Source: an uncultured delta proteobacterium (GTDB lineage: Bacteria > Desulfobacterota > RBG-13-43-22). From it: a DNA stretch of 64,000 nucleotides. Positions 20,004-31,223 of this stretch are shown here, one piece after another; position 1 is the first letter of the stretch, and each line of letters opens with the position of its first letter. Both the position numbers and the translations under genes were made by a program. Location of the stretch: NCBI GenBank assembly GCA_963790475.1, contig CAWBOS010000006.1, positions 704,001 through 768,000 on the forward strand. Direction: 5' to 3'. Below the pieces are notes generated by a model. It was given only the letters and a program-made list of their open reading frames with translations, was not told where the DNA came from and did not search any database.

Positions 20004-21074
20004 TTGCTTTCATTGCAATCTTTTCCCCAAAAAGAACTAATTTCTTGGTTTCAAAAACATCACAGAGACCTGCCCTGGCGTAGCCGACGTACCCCTTATT
20101 CCACCTGGATCTCGGAAATAATGCTTCAGCAGACCCAGGTTCAACAAGTAGTGCCCTATTACCGCCGATTCATGGGCCGGTTTTCATCCATCGACTCCCT
20201 GGCCAAGGCGCCGGTTTTACAGGTACTCAAGGCCTGGGAGGGGATGGGGTATTATAGCCGGGCCCGCCATATTCATCAAACGGCCAAAATAATTGTCAGC
20301 CGATTCGGGGGTCAAATCCCCGCCGATTTTCAAGACCTTCTCCAACTGCCCGGTATCGGCCGATCGACGGCCGGGGCTATCCTCAGCCTGGCCTATGATC
20401 AACCCCTTCCTGTCCTGGATGGAAATATCCGCCGGGTGTTGATACGATTTTTTTATATTGATCAGGACCCAGGAAAAACAGCTACCATTAATACGCTCTG
20501 GTCCATTTCCCAAAACATCATCCCCATTAAAAACGCCGGTCTGTTCAATGAGGCCCTGATGGAATTGGGGGCCTTGATCTGCAGCCCAAAAAATCCGGAC
20601 TGTGTCCACTGCCCTCTTAAAAAAAAATGTTTAGGATTTTGCTCGGGGTGCCCGGCTTCTCTTCCAATTAACAAACCCAAAAAGCCGATCCCCCATTTTG
20701 ATGTCACGGCGGCCATAATACAAAGCAAGAAAAAAATCCTTATAACCCAACGGCCGGAAAAGGGGTTGTTGGGTGGTCTGTGGGAATTCCCCGGAGGGAA
20801 AAGAGAACCCGGAGAGTCTCTGGAGCAGTGTTTAAAACGGGAAATTCAGGAAGAGTTAGATATTGAAATCAAGGTCGGAGAATGTTTTATTCAGGTCCGC
20901 CATGCCTACACCCATTTCAAGATCACCCTGCATTGCTTTTTCTGCCGCAAGCTGAAGGGAAGAATCCGGCCCATAGGGGTAAAGGATTTTCGCTGGGTTT
21001 TCCCAGAGGAGTTGGATCGATTTCCTTTCCCCCGGGCCGATCAAAAGGTGATTGACTTTTTACTCCAAAAATAA
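20004..21074 (+). CDS. mutY: A/G-specific adenine glycosylase with C-terminal NUDIX-like domain
   Basis: RDLPWR, SEIMLQQTQV, GYYSRAR, LPGIG, CxxxxxxCxxCxxxxxC 4Fe-4S motif; WEFPGGK...E..EE. Confidence 0.93.
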   Translation: MLSLQSFPQKELISWFQKHHRDLPWRSRRTPYSTWISEIMLQQTQVQQVVPYYRRFMGRFSSIDSLAKAPVLQVLKAWEGMGYYSRARHIHQTAKIIVSRFGGQIPADFQDLLQLPGIGRSTAGAILSLAYDQPLPVLDGNIRRVLIRFFYIDQDPGKTATINTLWSISQNIIPIKNAGLFNEALMELGALICSPKNPDCVHCPLKKKCLGFCSGCPASLPINKPKKPIPHFDVTAAIIQSKKKILITQRPEKGLLGGLWEFPGGKREPGESLEQCLKREIQEELDIEIKVGECFIQVRHAYTHFKITLHCFFCRKLKGRIRPIGVKDFRWVFPEELDRFPFPRADQKVIDFLLQK

Positions 21075-21224
21075 GGAACAGGGATTCAGACCCCATTTGA
21101 CTGAACGGACTTAACCCTCCTAAAAAAATCTTTCTTGGGCTCTTTATTTACATTTTAAATCTGGTAGCGTATAGTCCACAAGATTGAGCAGGATGATTTC
21201 AGTGCACCTCCCCGGTAATCGAAA

Positions 21225-24200
21225 TTGGAGTCGAGAATGAATCCAGGTCAACCATTGGAAAAGATCTTTCGGTGGCTGATTGAAGCCTGTTTTATCGGAC
21301 CAGGCCTACTGGGCTTGTTGGTTCTGTTAAGCTGGATTTTCGGGAGTCCGATGCTGGGTGCCTTCGGTCCGGAATATATCCCTGTGGCCCCAGGAACAGC
21401 CGGGTTGATGATCCTGCTCAGTTGGGGCTTATTCCTTCAACGGCACCGACCTTCAAACCGATCCACTCGCCGGTTTGGCTATTTTTCCATCATTATCGTT
21501 GGGGTCAGCAGTCTACTGGTGTTGAGTCAATACTTTATTGGCCTTGACTTTCCGCTGGTACAATGGCTGGCCTCCCGCGCCAAAACCGCAAGAGATATCC
21601 CCCTAGGGCGCATGTCTCCTTTAACTGCTTTTTCTTTCCTGGGAACCTCCCTGGCCCTTTGGTTCGAGTTGCCCCCTTTGGGAGTCCGTCGCGGATATCG
21701 ACAAACGGCCGCGGGGGCCGCCCTGGCCGTATTAATAGTCAGTCTGGTGATACTTCTCAGCTATGGGATTGGAGCCCCGTGGCTTTATGGTGGGCGGTTA
21801 TTTCCCATGGCTCTTTTAACCGCAGTTTCATTTGCCTTCCTGGGTATAAGTCTCCTGGGAGCCGCCGGTTCCCAAACCTGGCCCCTTTCTTTGCTCAAGT
21901 CGGAATATGTAAGCCCTGCTCTATTTTTTAAAGGTCCTTTAGCTATCTTTTTGCCGCTCTTTTTTATGATCAGCGTTGCCGGATTATTTTATATTAAACA
22001 TCAATTGAATGAATTTCGCCGGGCGGCTTTTCAGGAGATCAGCGCCGTTGCCGAATTAAAGGTCAATCAAATATCAAGATGGTATGAAGAACGATTGTCC
22101 GATGCCGGTTATTTTTTTGAAGCACCGGAAGTTTCGGAAGTGGTTCAGTCCTTTTTGGCTGACCCCTCCTCCCCTAAGGCGAAAACCCGTGCTTTGGCTT
22201 TGATGACTTCAGCCCAGACTAACCTCCATTATACCCGAGTCCTGCTCCTGGATCAAAACCAACAGATGCGTCTGGCGGTCCCCCAGGAAAGAAACTGGAT
22301 GAACCCGACGGAGAAGTCTTTTGCCGACCAGGCACTCCAGACCAAAAAGATCCTGGTTTCTGATCTGCATTTTTCCATTAAGAATCCGGGGATCATCGTT
22401 CTGGAAATTTTTATACCCCTATTGCCTTTATCAGGAAATTCCGGCGCTTCCTTGAAGCCGGTCGGGATTTTGATGGTTGAGATCAATCCCTATGATTTCC
22501 TTTTCCCATTTATCCAGAACTGGCCTACTGCCAGCCCTACAGCGGAGACGCTGTTGGTCCGCCGGGAAGGTAACGAAGTCGTTTTTTTAAGTGAATTGCG
22601 TCACCGCCAAAAAACCGCTTTGGTGCTGCGCAGGCCTGTCGAAAGACATTCAAAACTACCTGCGGCCATGGCCGCCGGGGGCCAGGAAGGCTTGGTAGAG
22701 GGTAGAGATTATCGGAATGAGCCGGTGTTCGCCGCCCTGCGCTCCATCCCCGGAACTCCCTGGGCTTTAGTGGCCAAAGTGGATAAGGATCAAATCTATA
22801 CCACCATGCGAAAACAGACCTTGATCATAGGATTTGTGGTCGTCGTCGCCTTTATTGCAGCGGCCATGGGTCTGGGCCTGCAGTGGCATCAGCATGATAA
22901 TCTTTTGCTCCGAAAACAATTGGCGCTTGAGAAAGAACGCCAAGTCCTGGACGAGCGCATCCTTTCTCTGAACAAACAAGCCAATGACATCATCCTCTTG
23001 ATGGATCAGAGTTGGCGCATCTTGGAGGCCAATGACCGCGCCCTTCAGGCCTATGGCTATTCCCTGGAAGAACTTCAAGACAAGAGGGAGCCGGATTTAA
23101 GTCCAGCGGATGCCCAGTCCGTGGTTCTCCGGCAAACCGGAAAAGGGGAAATCTGGGACGGTATTATCCTGGAGACCATTCATCAGCGTAAAGACGGTTC
23201 CCAGTTTCCGGTGGAGACCAGTGTTCGGGCTGTGGTAATCGGAGGGAAGAAATATTACCAAAGTATCATCCGCGACATCACCGAGCGCAAGAAGGCCGAG
23301 GAAGACCTGCGGACCTCCGAGTCGTTTCTCAATAGCATTATCGATCAGAGTCCTTCTCCCATGTGGATTGCCGATAATAAGGGCACCCTCATAAGGCTCA
23401 ATCAGGCTTTCCGGGACTTGCTGAATATTTCAGACGAAGAGGTGGTCGGTCAGTACAACATCCACAAAGACACGGTTTTGGAGGCCCAAGGTTTGATCTC
23501 GGAGGTCAGGCGTGTTTTTGAAGAAGGCAAGACCGTGAGATTCGAAATCCATTATGACAGCTCTCAGCTTAGAAACCTGGAATTGAGGAAATTTGCCTTT
23601 GTCTACCTGGATGTTACCATATTCCCTATTAGAAATGGGGAGGGCGAGATCACCAATGCCGTAGTCCAGCACTGGAACATTACCGAACGCAAGCAGGCCG
23701 AGGAAGAAATTTTTAGGCTTAACGCCGAATTAGAACAACGGGTCATCCAACGCACGGCCCAACTGGAACAGGCCAACAAGGAATTGGAGTCTTTTTCCTA
23801 TTCCGTCTCTCACGATCTTCGCGCCCCCTTAAGGTCTATAGACGGCTTCAGCCAGGCTCTGATAGAAGATTATAGCGCCGGAATAGACGAGCGGGGGCGG
23901 ACTTATCTGGATCGGATGCGCGCCGCCACGAGGCGCATGGGGTTGTTGATCGATGACCTGCTCAAGCTTTCCCGGGTGACCCGGGGCGAAATGAAACGCA
24001 CCGAATTGGATCTCAGCCGATTGGCGGGGTCAGTGGCTGTGGATTTACAGGAGATCCACCCTGAAAGACGGATACAATGGGTTATCGCTCCCGGTGTTCG
24101 TGCCCAGGGGGATGAACGTTTAATGGAAATCGTCTTGAAAAATCTGATGGAAAATGCCTGGAAGTTCACCGCTCGGCATCCTTCCGGCCGCATAGAATTT

Positions 24201-24455
24201 GGCCTTCAGGAACAGCAAGGAACTGCAGTTTATTTTGTTCGAGATGATGGCGCAGGGTTTGATATGGATTACGCGGGAAAACTCTTCGATACCTTTCAAC
24301 GTCTGCATAGTCAGGATGAATTCGAGGGAACAGGGATCGGACTGGCCATCGTGCAGAGAATCATTCACCGCCACGGCGGACGCATCTGGGCCGAAGGAGC
24401 CCTCGAAAAAGGCGCGGTTTTTTATTTCACCCTTGGAGAAAAAGAGAGGATCTAA
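21225..24455 (+). CDS. Membrane sensor histidine kinase with Cache-like and two PAS domains
   Basis: Multiple TM helices, DITERK PAC ends, SHDLRAPL H-box, NAWKF, DDGAGF, GTGIGL. Confidence 0.92.
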   Translation: MESRMNPGQPLEKIFRWLIEACFIGPGLLGLLVLLSWIFGSPMLGAFGPEYIPVAPGTAGLMILLSWGLFLQRHRPSNRSTRRFGYFSIIIVGVSSLLVLSQYFIGLDFPLVQWLASRAKTARDIPLGRMSPLTAFSFLGTSLALWFELPPLGVRRGYRQTAAGAALAVLIVSLVILLSYGIGAPWLYGGRLFPMALLTAVSFAFLGISLLGAAGSQTWPLSLLKSEYVSPALFFKGPLAIFLPLFFMISVAGLFYIKHQLNEFRRAAFQEISAVAELKVNQISRWYEERLSDAGYFFEAPEVSEVVQSFLADPSSPKAKTRALALMTSAQTNLHYTRVLLLDQNQQMRLAVPQERNWMNPTEKSFADQALQTKKILVSDLHFSIKNPGIIVLEIFIPLLPLSGNSGASLKPVGILMVEINPYDFLFPFIQNWPTASPTAETLLVRREGNEVVFLSELRHRQKTALVLRRPVERHSKLPAAMAAGGQEGLVEGRDYRNEPVFAALRSIPGTPWALVAKVDKDQIYTTMRKQTLIIGFVVVVAFIAAAMGLGLQWHQHDNLLLRKQLALEKERQVLDERILSLNKQANDIILLMDQSWRILEANDRALQAYGYSLEELQDKREPDLSPADAQSVVLRQTGKGEIWDGIILETIHQRKDGSQFPVETSVRAVVIGGKKYYQSIIRDITERKKAEEDLRTSESFLNSIIDQSPSPMWIADNKGTLIRLNQAFRDLLNISDEEVVGQYNIHKDTVLEAQGLISEVRRVFEEGKTVRFEIHYDSSQLRNLELRKFAFVYLDVTIFPIRNGEGEITNAVVQHWNITERKQAEEEIFRLNAELEQRVIQRTAQLEQANKELESFSYSVSHDLRAPLRSIDGFSQALIEDYSAGIDERGRTYLDRMRAATRRMGLLIDDLLKLSRVTRGEMKRTELDLSRLAGSVAVDLQEIHPERRIQWVIAPGVRAQGDERLMEIVLKNLMENAWKFTARHPSGRIEFGLQEQQGTAVYFVRDDGAGFDMDYAGKLFDTFQRLHSQDEFEGTGIGLAIVQRIIHRHGGRIWAEGALEKGAVFYFTLGEKERI

Positions 24456-24468
24456 AGGAAAACAAAAA

Positions 24469-26235
24469 ATGGGAATCCCATTGAACGTTTTGATTATTGA
24501 AGATTCAGAAGACGATACCCTGTTTTTGCTCCGAGGGCTTGAAAAGGGCGGCTATGATCCGGTTTACCAGCGGGTGGAAACCGCCGAGGCCATGAGGGCG
24601 GCCCTAAAGGAAAAGACCTGGGATATTGTATTGAGCGATTACCACCTCCCCCGATTCAGTGGTCTCCAGGCCCTTTTGCTGTTTAAGAAAACGGGAATCG
24701 ATATTCCCTTCATCCTGGTTTCCGGAATGATCGGCGAGGAACTGGCCGTCGAGGCCATGAAGGCCGGGGCTCATGATTATATCATGAAGGGCAATCTAGC
24801 CCGGTTGATCCCGGCGATTGAACGGGAGTTGCGCGACGCCGGGGAACGGGAAAAACACCGGGAAATGGGATACGCCCTTCAAAAGGAAAAAGACCGGGCC
24901 GGCCTTTATTTGGAGATTGCCGGGGTAATGATCGTGGTTATCAATCAAAATGGAATAGTTACTTTGATCAATCGTAAGGGGTGTGAAATCCTGGGGTACG
25001 CCCGGGATAAAATTATCGGGAAGAACTGGTTCGACATTTTTATCCCCCAGGGAATTAAGGAGAAATTGAAGGAATCTTTTTTTCAAATCCTGGCCGGGGA
25101 CATAAAGCCCATTGAATATTTTGAGAATCCGGTGATAACCCGAGAAGGAAAAGAGAGGCTGATTTCCTGGTACAATAATTTTTTAATAGGCGAATCCGGT
25201 AAAATTACCGGCAGCCTGAGTTCCGGGGAAGATATCACCGAACGAAAAAGAACCGAGGAAGAACTGCGGGAATCCGAAGAGCAATACCGGGATCTGGTTG
25301 AAAACATCAACGATATTCTTTATCTGTTTGATGAAAAAGGCACCTTCACCTATGTAAGCACCCCGGTGCTAAGTATGCTGGGATACAGCGCTTCAGAGAT
25401 CGTCGGCCGAAACTTCCGGCAATTTGTCCATCCTAAAGACCTGCCCTATGTGCAGAATCAGTTTGAGAGGGTTCTCTCCGGTCAGCTTGAACCCAGTGAA
25501 TATCGAATCCTTAATAAATCCGGTGAAATTGGATGGGTCCGCTCTTCGAGCCGCCCTATGATCAAAAATGGAAAAACCATAGGGCTCCGGGGGATATTGA
25601 CCGACATAACCAAACGTAAAAAGGCGGAAGAAGAAAGTCAGCGAACTTTAATCAACCTGCGAAAAGCCATGGGCGGGATCATCCAGGCCATGGCCGCCAC
25701 GGTAGAGACTCGGGACCCTTACACTGCCGGGCATCAACGCCGTGTGGCCGATCTGGGCCGGGCTATAGCCCGGGAGATGGGTCTGACAGATCATCAAATC
25801 GATGGAATCCGCATGGCCGGAATCGTCCATGATCTGGGCAAGATTTCCATACCGGCCGAGATCCTCAGCAAACCGACGAAGTTATCCGATATTGAATTCG
25901 CCCTTATCAAAACCCATCCCCAGATAAGTTATGACATTTTGAAAGATATCGATTTCCCCTGGCCGGTGGCCCGGACAGTTTTTCAGCATCATGAACGAAT
26001 CGACGGGTCCGGTTATCCCTTGGGTCTCAAGGGAGATGAGATCCTTCTCGAAGCCCGAATACTGGCTGTAGCCGATGTGGTCGAGGCCATCGCCTCCCAC
26101 CGGCCTTACCGGCCGGCTTTCGGGATGGAGGCGGCCCTGGATCAGATTTCGAGAAACAAGGGAATTCTTTATGATACGGGTGCAGTCGATGCCTGTTTGA
26201 AACTGTTTAGGGAACAAGGATTTGTGTTGGAGTAA
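24469..26235 (+). CDS. REC-PAS-PAS-HD-GYP response regulator (putative c-di-GMP phosphodiesterase)
   Basis: ATG at 24469; IIEDSEDD/LSDYHLP receiver; RDPYTAGH, HDLGK, HHERIDGSGYP. Confidence 0.92.
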   Translation: MGIPLNVLIIEDSEDDTLFLLRGLEKGGYDPVYQRVETAEAMRAALKEKTWDIVLSDYHLPRFSGLQALLLFKKTGIDIPFILVSGMIGEELAVEAMKAGAHDYIMKGNLARLIPAIERELRDAGEREKHREMGYALQKEKDRAGLYLEIAGVMIVVINQNGIVTLINRKGCEILGYARDKIIGKNWFDIFIPQGIKEKLKESFFQILAGDIKPIEYFENPVITREGKERLISWYNNFLIGESGKITGSLSSGEDITERKRTEEELRESEEQYRDLVENINDILYLFDEKGTFTYVSTPVLSMLGYSASEIVGRNFRQFVHPKDLPYVQNQFERVLSGQLEPSEYRILNKSGEIGWVRSSSRPMIKNGKTIGLRGILTDITKRKKAEEESQRTLINLRKAMGGIIQAMAATVETRDPYTAGHQRRVADLGRAIAREMGLTDHQIDGIRMAGIVHDLGKISIPAEILSKPTKLSDIEFALIKTHPQISYDILKDIDFPWPVARTVFQHHERIDGSGYPLGLKGDEILLEARILAVADVVEAIASHRPYRPAFGMEAALDQISRNKGILYDTGAVDACLKLFREQGFVLE

Positions 26236-26254
26236 ACAATTTCCGATTTTAGAT

Positions 26255-27322
26255 TCAAATCCACCTTTTCCTTCTGAAATAGAACAGCATAAAGACGGCC
26301 ACGGCCAACATCAGGGCCAGGACCAGGGGATATCCCCAGGGCCACTCCAATTCCGGCATGTTTTTAAAATTCATCCCGTATAACCCGACAATGAAGGTCA
26401 AAGGAATAAAGAGGGTGGAGATGATGGTCAGGACTTTCATGACTTCATTCATCCGGTTGCTGATGCTGGAGAGATAGATGTCCATCATTCCCGAGAGCAT
26501 GTCGCGGAAGGTTTCGACGTTGTCGATGACCTGAATGGTATGATCGTAGATATCCCTCAAATAGATAAAGGTGGATTCCTTGATCAGGGAGGATTCTCCT
26601 CTTTCCAGACTCCCGATCACCTCGCGCAGGGGCCAAACGGCTTTGCGTAAAAATATCATTTCTCTTTTTAATTGGTAAGTGGCCTGCAAGGTGGCCGGAC
26701 TGGGGCTGGTGACCACTTCTTCTTCCAGGAATTCCACCTGCTCCCCCAATTTTTCTAAGACGACAAAATATTGATCGATTATGGCATCCAATATGGCATG
26801 TACCAGATAATCCGGTCCCATTTTCCGGATACGCCCCTTCCCGTTTCGAAGGCGGTCTCGAATCGGCTCAAAAAGGGGGCCTTCTTTTTCCTGGAAAGAA
26901 AGGACAAAATTAGAACCCAGTATCAGGCTGACCTGTTCGCTCTCGACTTTATCTCCCTGGCCAGTGCCCAGGAAGAGGGCTTTTAAAACGATGTACAGAT
27001 AATCGCCGTAATCTTCCATTTTGGGACGCTGTTCGGTATTCAGGATATCCTCCAGAACCAGAGGGTGTAATCCGAAACAGCCGTTCAGTTCTTCCAGGAC
27101 CTCCACCTGGTGAAGCCCGATGACATTGATCCAGGTCACCATAGAGTCCTTTTTGAAAAGAAGACATTCTTTGGCCTGGGTTAATTCCTTTTCCTCCGCC
27201 TGATGTTCATTATAGTCAAACAAAGTGATCCGGGTTTTTTCGCTTTTTCTCTCCCCAATATGAATTGGGGTTCCGGGTGGAAGGCCTGCCTTTTGGGATC
27301 TTTTTTTAATGGGTCTGGGCAT
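26255..27322 (-). CDS. corA: Magnesium/cobalt transporter CorA
   Basis: GLPPGT, HPLVLEDI..QRPK, YGMNF..MPEL signature. Confidence 0.95.
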   Translation of the reverse strand: MPRPIKKRSQKAGLPPGTPIHIGERKSEKTRITLFDYNEHQAEEKELTQAKECLLFKKDSMVTWINVIGLHQVEVLEELNGCFGLHPLVLEDILNTEQRPKMEDYGDYLYIVLKALFLGTGQGDKVESEQVSLILGSNFVLSFQEKEGPLFEPIRDRLRNGKGRIRKMGPDYLVHAILDAIIDQYFVVLEKLGEQVEFLEEEVVTSPSPATLQATYQLKREMIFLRKAVWPLREVIGSLERGESSLIKESTFIYLRDIYDHTIQVIDNVETFRDMLSGMMDIYLSSISNRMNEVMKVLTIISTLFIPLTFIVGLYGMNFKNMPELEWPWGYPLVLALMLAVAVFMLFYFRRKRWI

Positions 27323-27596
27323 GGTTCAGCGCTCCTTGAAATCACTTGACACACTGCCGGGGCTTACTTAGAATATCCAACTTGCGCCTGGTGTCAACAA
27401 TTTAATGTGAATATAAGGTGATAATAATTCCGGTATAAGATATATGGTTTAAGGATTGCGGTTTTCATTTGGACCTCCTGCTTGCCCGCAGGTCTCGAGC
27501 CTTAAACCCTTTAAGTCCATAATCTCATCCTCTCAATTACTTGGGAGAAACACCGCAAAAAGTTTAGGATCGATAGGCGATTCGGAAAAGGATGCC

Positions 27597-29696
27597 ATGG
27601 ATTTTTTCTTCGAGCCCAAGGGGGTGGCGGTGATCGGCGCTACGCCTGATCGTTTTGGTGGAGGACGTAATCTATTAATCAATCTTAGCCTGGGTTACGA
27701 CGGACCTATCTATCCGATCAACCCTAAATATGATGAACTTTTCGACAAGAAGTGTTACCCCTCTATTTTAGATGTGCCGGATCCCATTGATCTGGCCCTG
27801 GTCTTTATCCCGGCCCGGGCCGTTCCGGCCGTGCTGGAGCAATGCATTGCTCGAGGTGTTCGAGGGGCCATCCTCGAATGCAGCGGCTTTGCCGAGATTG
27901 GATCCGAGGGGAAGGCCCTTCAGGATCATTGTCTGTCCATCGCCCGGAAAGGGGGATTACGTCTCTGGGGACCCAATTGTATGGGACTCATCGATCTCTC
28001 TAAAAAATATGTTTTCTCTTTTATCCAGCCTGAATCCTGGGAAGGGACCTTCAATCCCGGAGGGGTGTCTTTAATCGTTCAGAGCGGACTCCTGTCCGGT
28101 GGATTTATCACCACCCTCATGGCCAATAAGAGCCTGGGTCTGGCCAAGGCCTGCTCCATCGGGAATAAGTGTGATGTGGAAGAAACCGAGTTGTTGGAAT
28201 ATTTTTTAAAAGACCCGGCCACCAAGGTCATAGCCATGTACCTGGAATCCATTCCCAATGGAAAACGGTTTTTTGAAACGGTCCGTTCATCTCAAAAGCC
28301 GATCGTGGTTCTTAAAGGCGGGAAAATGCCCTCCGGGGCCAGAGCCTCAGCCAGCCACACCGGCTCCCTGGCCGGTAATTATGAAGTGGTTCGCGGTGCC
28401 CTGGAACAAGCCGGCGTATATCAGTCCGATGATTTTTTTGAAATGGTCGATATGGCCCGCTGTTTGGAAAAGGGCTTCCCCCTACCGCGGTCCCTGGAGA
28501 GAAAACCACAAATTGCCGTCTTAACTTACAGCGGAGCGGCCGGAATAGTTAATTCGGACTATCTGGAGAAATACGGTCTGGCCTTGGCCGAGCTGTCACC
28601 CCAAACCCTTAGGCGCCTGGAAGAAATATCCCCTCCCTGGATGCCGATAAAAAATCCGGTGGACTTTTATCCGACCATGGAACAAATGGGCCAGCGCAAG
28701 GCTTACCAGGCCGGGATCGCTATCCTTCATGAAGCCCCCGAAGTGGATGGGATTATCGTTCATATGTTCCCCCCGGCCGGAAGCAAGACCACGAAACTGG
28801 CCGAAATGCTCTCGAGAATCCCGGCTTCCGGTCCTCAGAAGCCAATACTCTTCTGGGTATTCGGATCGGGTGAAGGTTATGAAAATACCCGTTTGACCCT
28901 GGAAAATTTAGGTTATCCGGTCTATTTTGAAATCCACCGTCTTAGCAAGATCATGGCCAATCTTTTTGAAGGCCGGCAAAAAATAACCGTTTCCGTTTTG
29001 CCGGCCCTTTCAGAAATCCCCATTGTTTTGAAAGAAGAAATACAAAACAGGGCCAAGGCCGGTCCCAGGATTGTTGATGAACAGGAGTCCAAAAAGTGGC
29101 TGAAGGATGCCGGATTGACCGTGGTGGAAGAAAAAAAAGCCGGCCGAATGGAGGAAGTCCTGTCGGCTGCCGAGGAATTAGGCTATCCGGTGGTTCTCAA
29201 AGGCCTTCAGGAAGGTCTAATCCATAAAACCGAGGCTGGGCTGGTCAGATTGAATTTGAATACCCCGGAGCAGGTGGTCTCTGCCTGTCAGCAGATGGGC
29301 ATTGAAGGAAACCGACCCGCATCGTTTTTAGTTCAACCTATGCTTAAAGGAGACCTGGAGCTGATCGCCGGGATCATTCGAGACCCCCAATTCGGACCGG
29401 CTGTCATGCTGGGACTGGGCGGGGTCCGGGCCGAGATTTATAAAGATGTGGTCTTCCGTCTGGTCCCTTTAAACCCGGCGGATGTTTATCGGATGGTATC
29501 CAAACTGAAAGGGCAGGTCTTGTTCAAAGGATTTCGAGGCTCCACGCCGGTGAACATGGACCTCCTGGCCCAATGGCTGATCCGCTTAGGAGAGATGGCT
29601 TTATCCCTGGAGCAGGTCCAGGAGATAGATGTCAACCCCCTGTTGATTGTTGATGGCCTACCAATTGCCGTGGATGCCTCCATTATCCTGAAATAA
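27597..29696 (+). CDS. ADP-forming acyl-CoA synthetase (fused alpha-beta)
   Basis: PKGVAVIGA, GPNCMG, SHTGSLAG (phospho-His), C-terminal ATP-grasp; start reassigned to ATG 27597. Confidence 0.88.
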   Translation: MDFFFEPKGVAVIGATPDRFGGGRNLLINLSLGYDGPIYPINPKYDELFDKKCYPSILDVPDPIDLALVFIPARAVPAVLEQCIARGVRGAILECSGFAEIGSEGKALQDHCLSIARKGGLRLWGPNCMGLIDLSKKYVFSFIQPESWEGTFNPGGVSLIVQSGLLSGGFITTLMANKSLGLAKACSIGNKCDVEETELLEYFLKDPATKVIAMYLESIPNGKRFFETVRSSQKPIVVLKGGKMPSGARASASHTGSLAGNYEVVRGALEQAGVYQSDDFFEMVDMARCLEKGFPLPRSLERKPQIAVLTYSGAAGIVNSDYLEKYGLALAELSPQTLRRLEEISPPWMPIKNPVDFYPTMEQMGQRKAYQAGIAILHEAPEVDGIIVHMFPPAGSKTTKLAEMLSRIPASGPQKPILFWVFGSGEGYENTRLTLENLGYPVYFEIHRLSKIMANLFEGRQKITVSVLPALSEIPIVLKEEIQNRAKAGPRIVDEQESKKWLKDAGLTVVEEKKAGRMEEVLSAAEELGYPVVLKGLQEGLIHKTEAGLVRLNLNTPEQVVSACQQMGIEGNRPASFLVQPMLKGDLELIAGIIRDPQFGPAVMLGLGGVRAEIYKDVVFRLVPLNPADVYRMVSKLKGQVLFKGFRGSTPVNMDLLAQWLIRLGEMALSLEQVQEIDVNPLLIVDGLPIAVDASIILK

Positions 29697-29823
29697 CCTT
29701 CTGCTCTTCCCCTATTCCTGGGAGAAAAGGAAATTTCAGGGTTAAGGTGTTTAATCAGACCTGATAAGAAACTGGGAAAAATTAAAGCAGTCGGATGAAC
29801 CTTTTATTGGAAGGGGGATTGGG

Positions 29824-30177
29824 ATGGAGAAAACTTTTGGCAGAGAAAGAAGAAAATACCCGAGGTTAAGTGCAACCTTTGTCGTCAGCTACAAAATTAA
29901 AAGTATCCCCAATGATTTTGACCTTAGTCAGACAAAAAATGTCGGCCAGGGAGGAGTGATGCTTACTACCAACAAGAGATTTGCTCCCGGGACGCAACTG
30001 GCCATCATGATAAAATTTCCTTTTGTCCCGGAGCGCATAGAAGTCTCGGCCACTGTAGTTGATTCCAAAGAGATTGCCAAGGACGTGCTTTATGAAACCA
30101 GAATTTCTTTTGCTGATTTAGATAAAAAGTTTTTCCAGGAACTGGGCGAATTCATTGGAGAGCGGTTGGGTAAATAG
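29824..30177 (+). CDS. Single-domain PilZ protein
   Basis: ERRKYPR and NVGQGG (RxxxR...D/NxSxxG-like) motifs. Confidence 0.8.
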   Translation: MEKTFGRERRKYPRLSATFVVSYKIKSIPNDFDLSQTKNVGQGGVMLTTNKRFAPGTQLAIMIKFPFVPERIEVSATVVDSKEIAKDVLYETRISFADLDKKFFQELGEFIGERLGK

Positions 30178-30293
30178 GTTTAGGAAGGGGTTCACCCGGC
30201 ACACAGAGCACCTGGGTTCCCGCTTTCCCGGGAAGGACAGGAAAAGGCTTTTAGCAGAAGTGCGGTCCCGGCTGTTAAGATTGTGAGGTAAAG

Positions 30294-31190
30294 ATGACCA
30301 TAATTCGTTCCATCGGCAAATTTAAATACCAGAGACCGGGATCATTGCCGGAGGTGCTGAAGATTTTGGAGACATCGACTCCTGCCAGGAAGGTTCTGGC
30401 CGGGGGCACTGACCTTATTTTGCAGATGAAGCAGGGGATTGTCCGGCCTCCTCTGGTGGTGGATGTTAAGCAGGTTCCCGAATTGAATAGGCTGGAATGG
30501 AACACCCGCGTGGGATTGCGCGTCGGGGCCGCGGTACCTTTGATTCGGTTGCTGGTCTTCACAGAACTGCCTAAAGCTTTCAGTATGCTATTGCAGGCTT
30601 GCTCCCTTATCGGTTCCCGGCAGATAAAAAATCGGGGCACTGTCGGGGGTAATATTTGTAATGCCGCCCCATCGGCCGATTCGGCGCCTCCACTGCTGTG
30701 TCTGGGCGCCCGGGTTGTTTTGGTTTCCCCTAAGGCCACCCGCACCCTCCCCTTAGAGGACTTCTTCCTGGGGCCGGGGAAGACCGCTATAGCCGATGAT
30801 GAACTCCTGGTGGAAGTAGAGGTCCCGACACCTCTTGAGCATTCGGCCGGTTGTTATCTGAGACATACCACCAGAGAAGAAATGGATATCTCGGTAGCCG
30901 GAGTGGCCTCTTTTTTAACTTTGTCTCCGGAAAATGGGCGGTTGAAGTCCGCTCGAATCGCTTTGGGGGCCGTGGCGCCCACACCTGTCAGAGCACAGAG
31001 AGCGGAAGGGATTCTGGCCGGCAAAGCGGTAACACCGGAGTTGATTCGACAGGCCGCTGATCAGACGGCCGCGGAAGCCGACCCGATTTCGGATTTGCGG
31101 GGTTCTTCGGAATATCGACGGGAGTTAGTGCGGGTTCTTACCCGCAGAACGCTGGTGAGAGCCTGTGAAGAACTCGGCATCGAGGTTTAG
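30294..31190 (+). CDS. Xanthine dehydrogenase family FAD subunit (CoxM-like)
   Basis: LAGGTDL, QIKNRGTVGGN..NAAPSAD, DLRGSSEYR. Confidence 0.92.
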   Translation: MTIIRSIGKFKYQRPGSLPEVLKILETSTPARKVLAGGTDLILQMKQGIVRPPLVVDVKQVPELNRLEWNTRVGLRVGAAVPLIRLLVFTELPKAFSMLLQACSLIGSRQIKNRGTVGGNICNAAPSADSAPPLLCLGARVVLVSPKATRTLPLEDFFLGPGKTAIADDELLVEVEVPTPLEHSAGCYLRHTTREEMDISVAGVASFLTLSPENGRLKSARIALGAVAPTPVRAQRAEGILAGKAVTPELIRQAADQTAAEADPISDLRGSSEYRRELVRVLTRRTLVRACEELGIEV

Positions 31191-31223
31191 GATAAAAGGA
31201 CTTAGTTAATTTGAGGAGAAACC

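Noticed and set aside
24199-24468. N-terminal extension of the HD-GYP regulator in the ORF track
   Set aside because: It overlaps the kinase gene; the receiver domain starts at ATG 24469.
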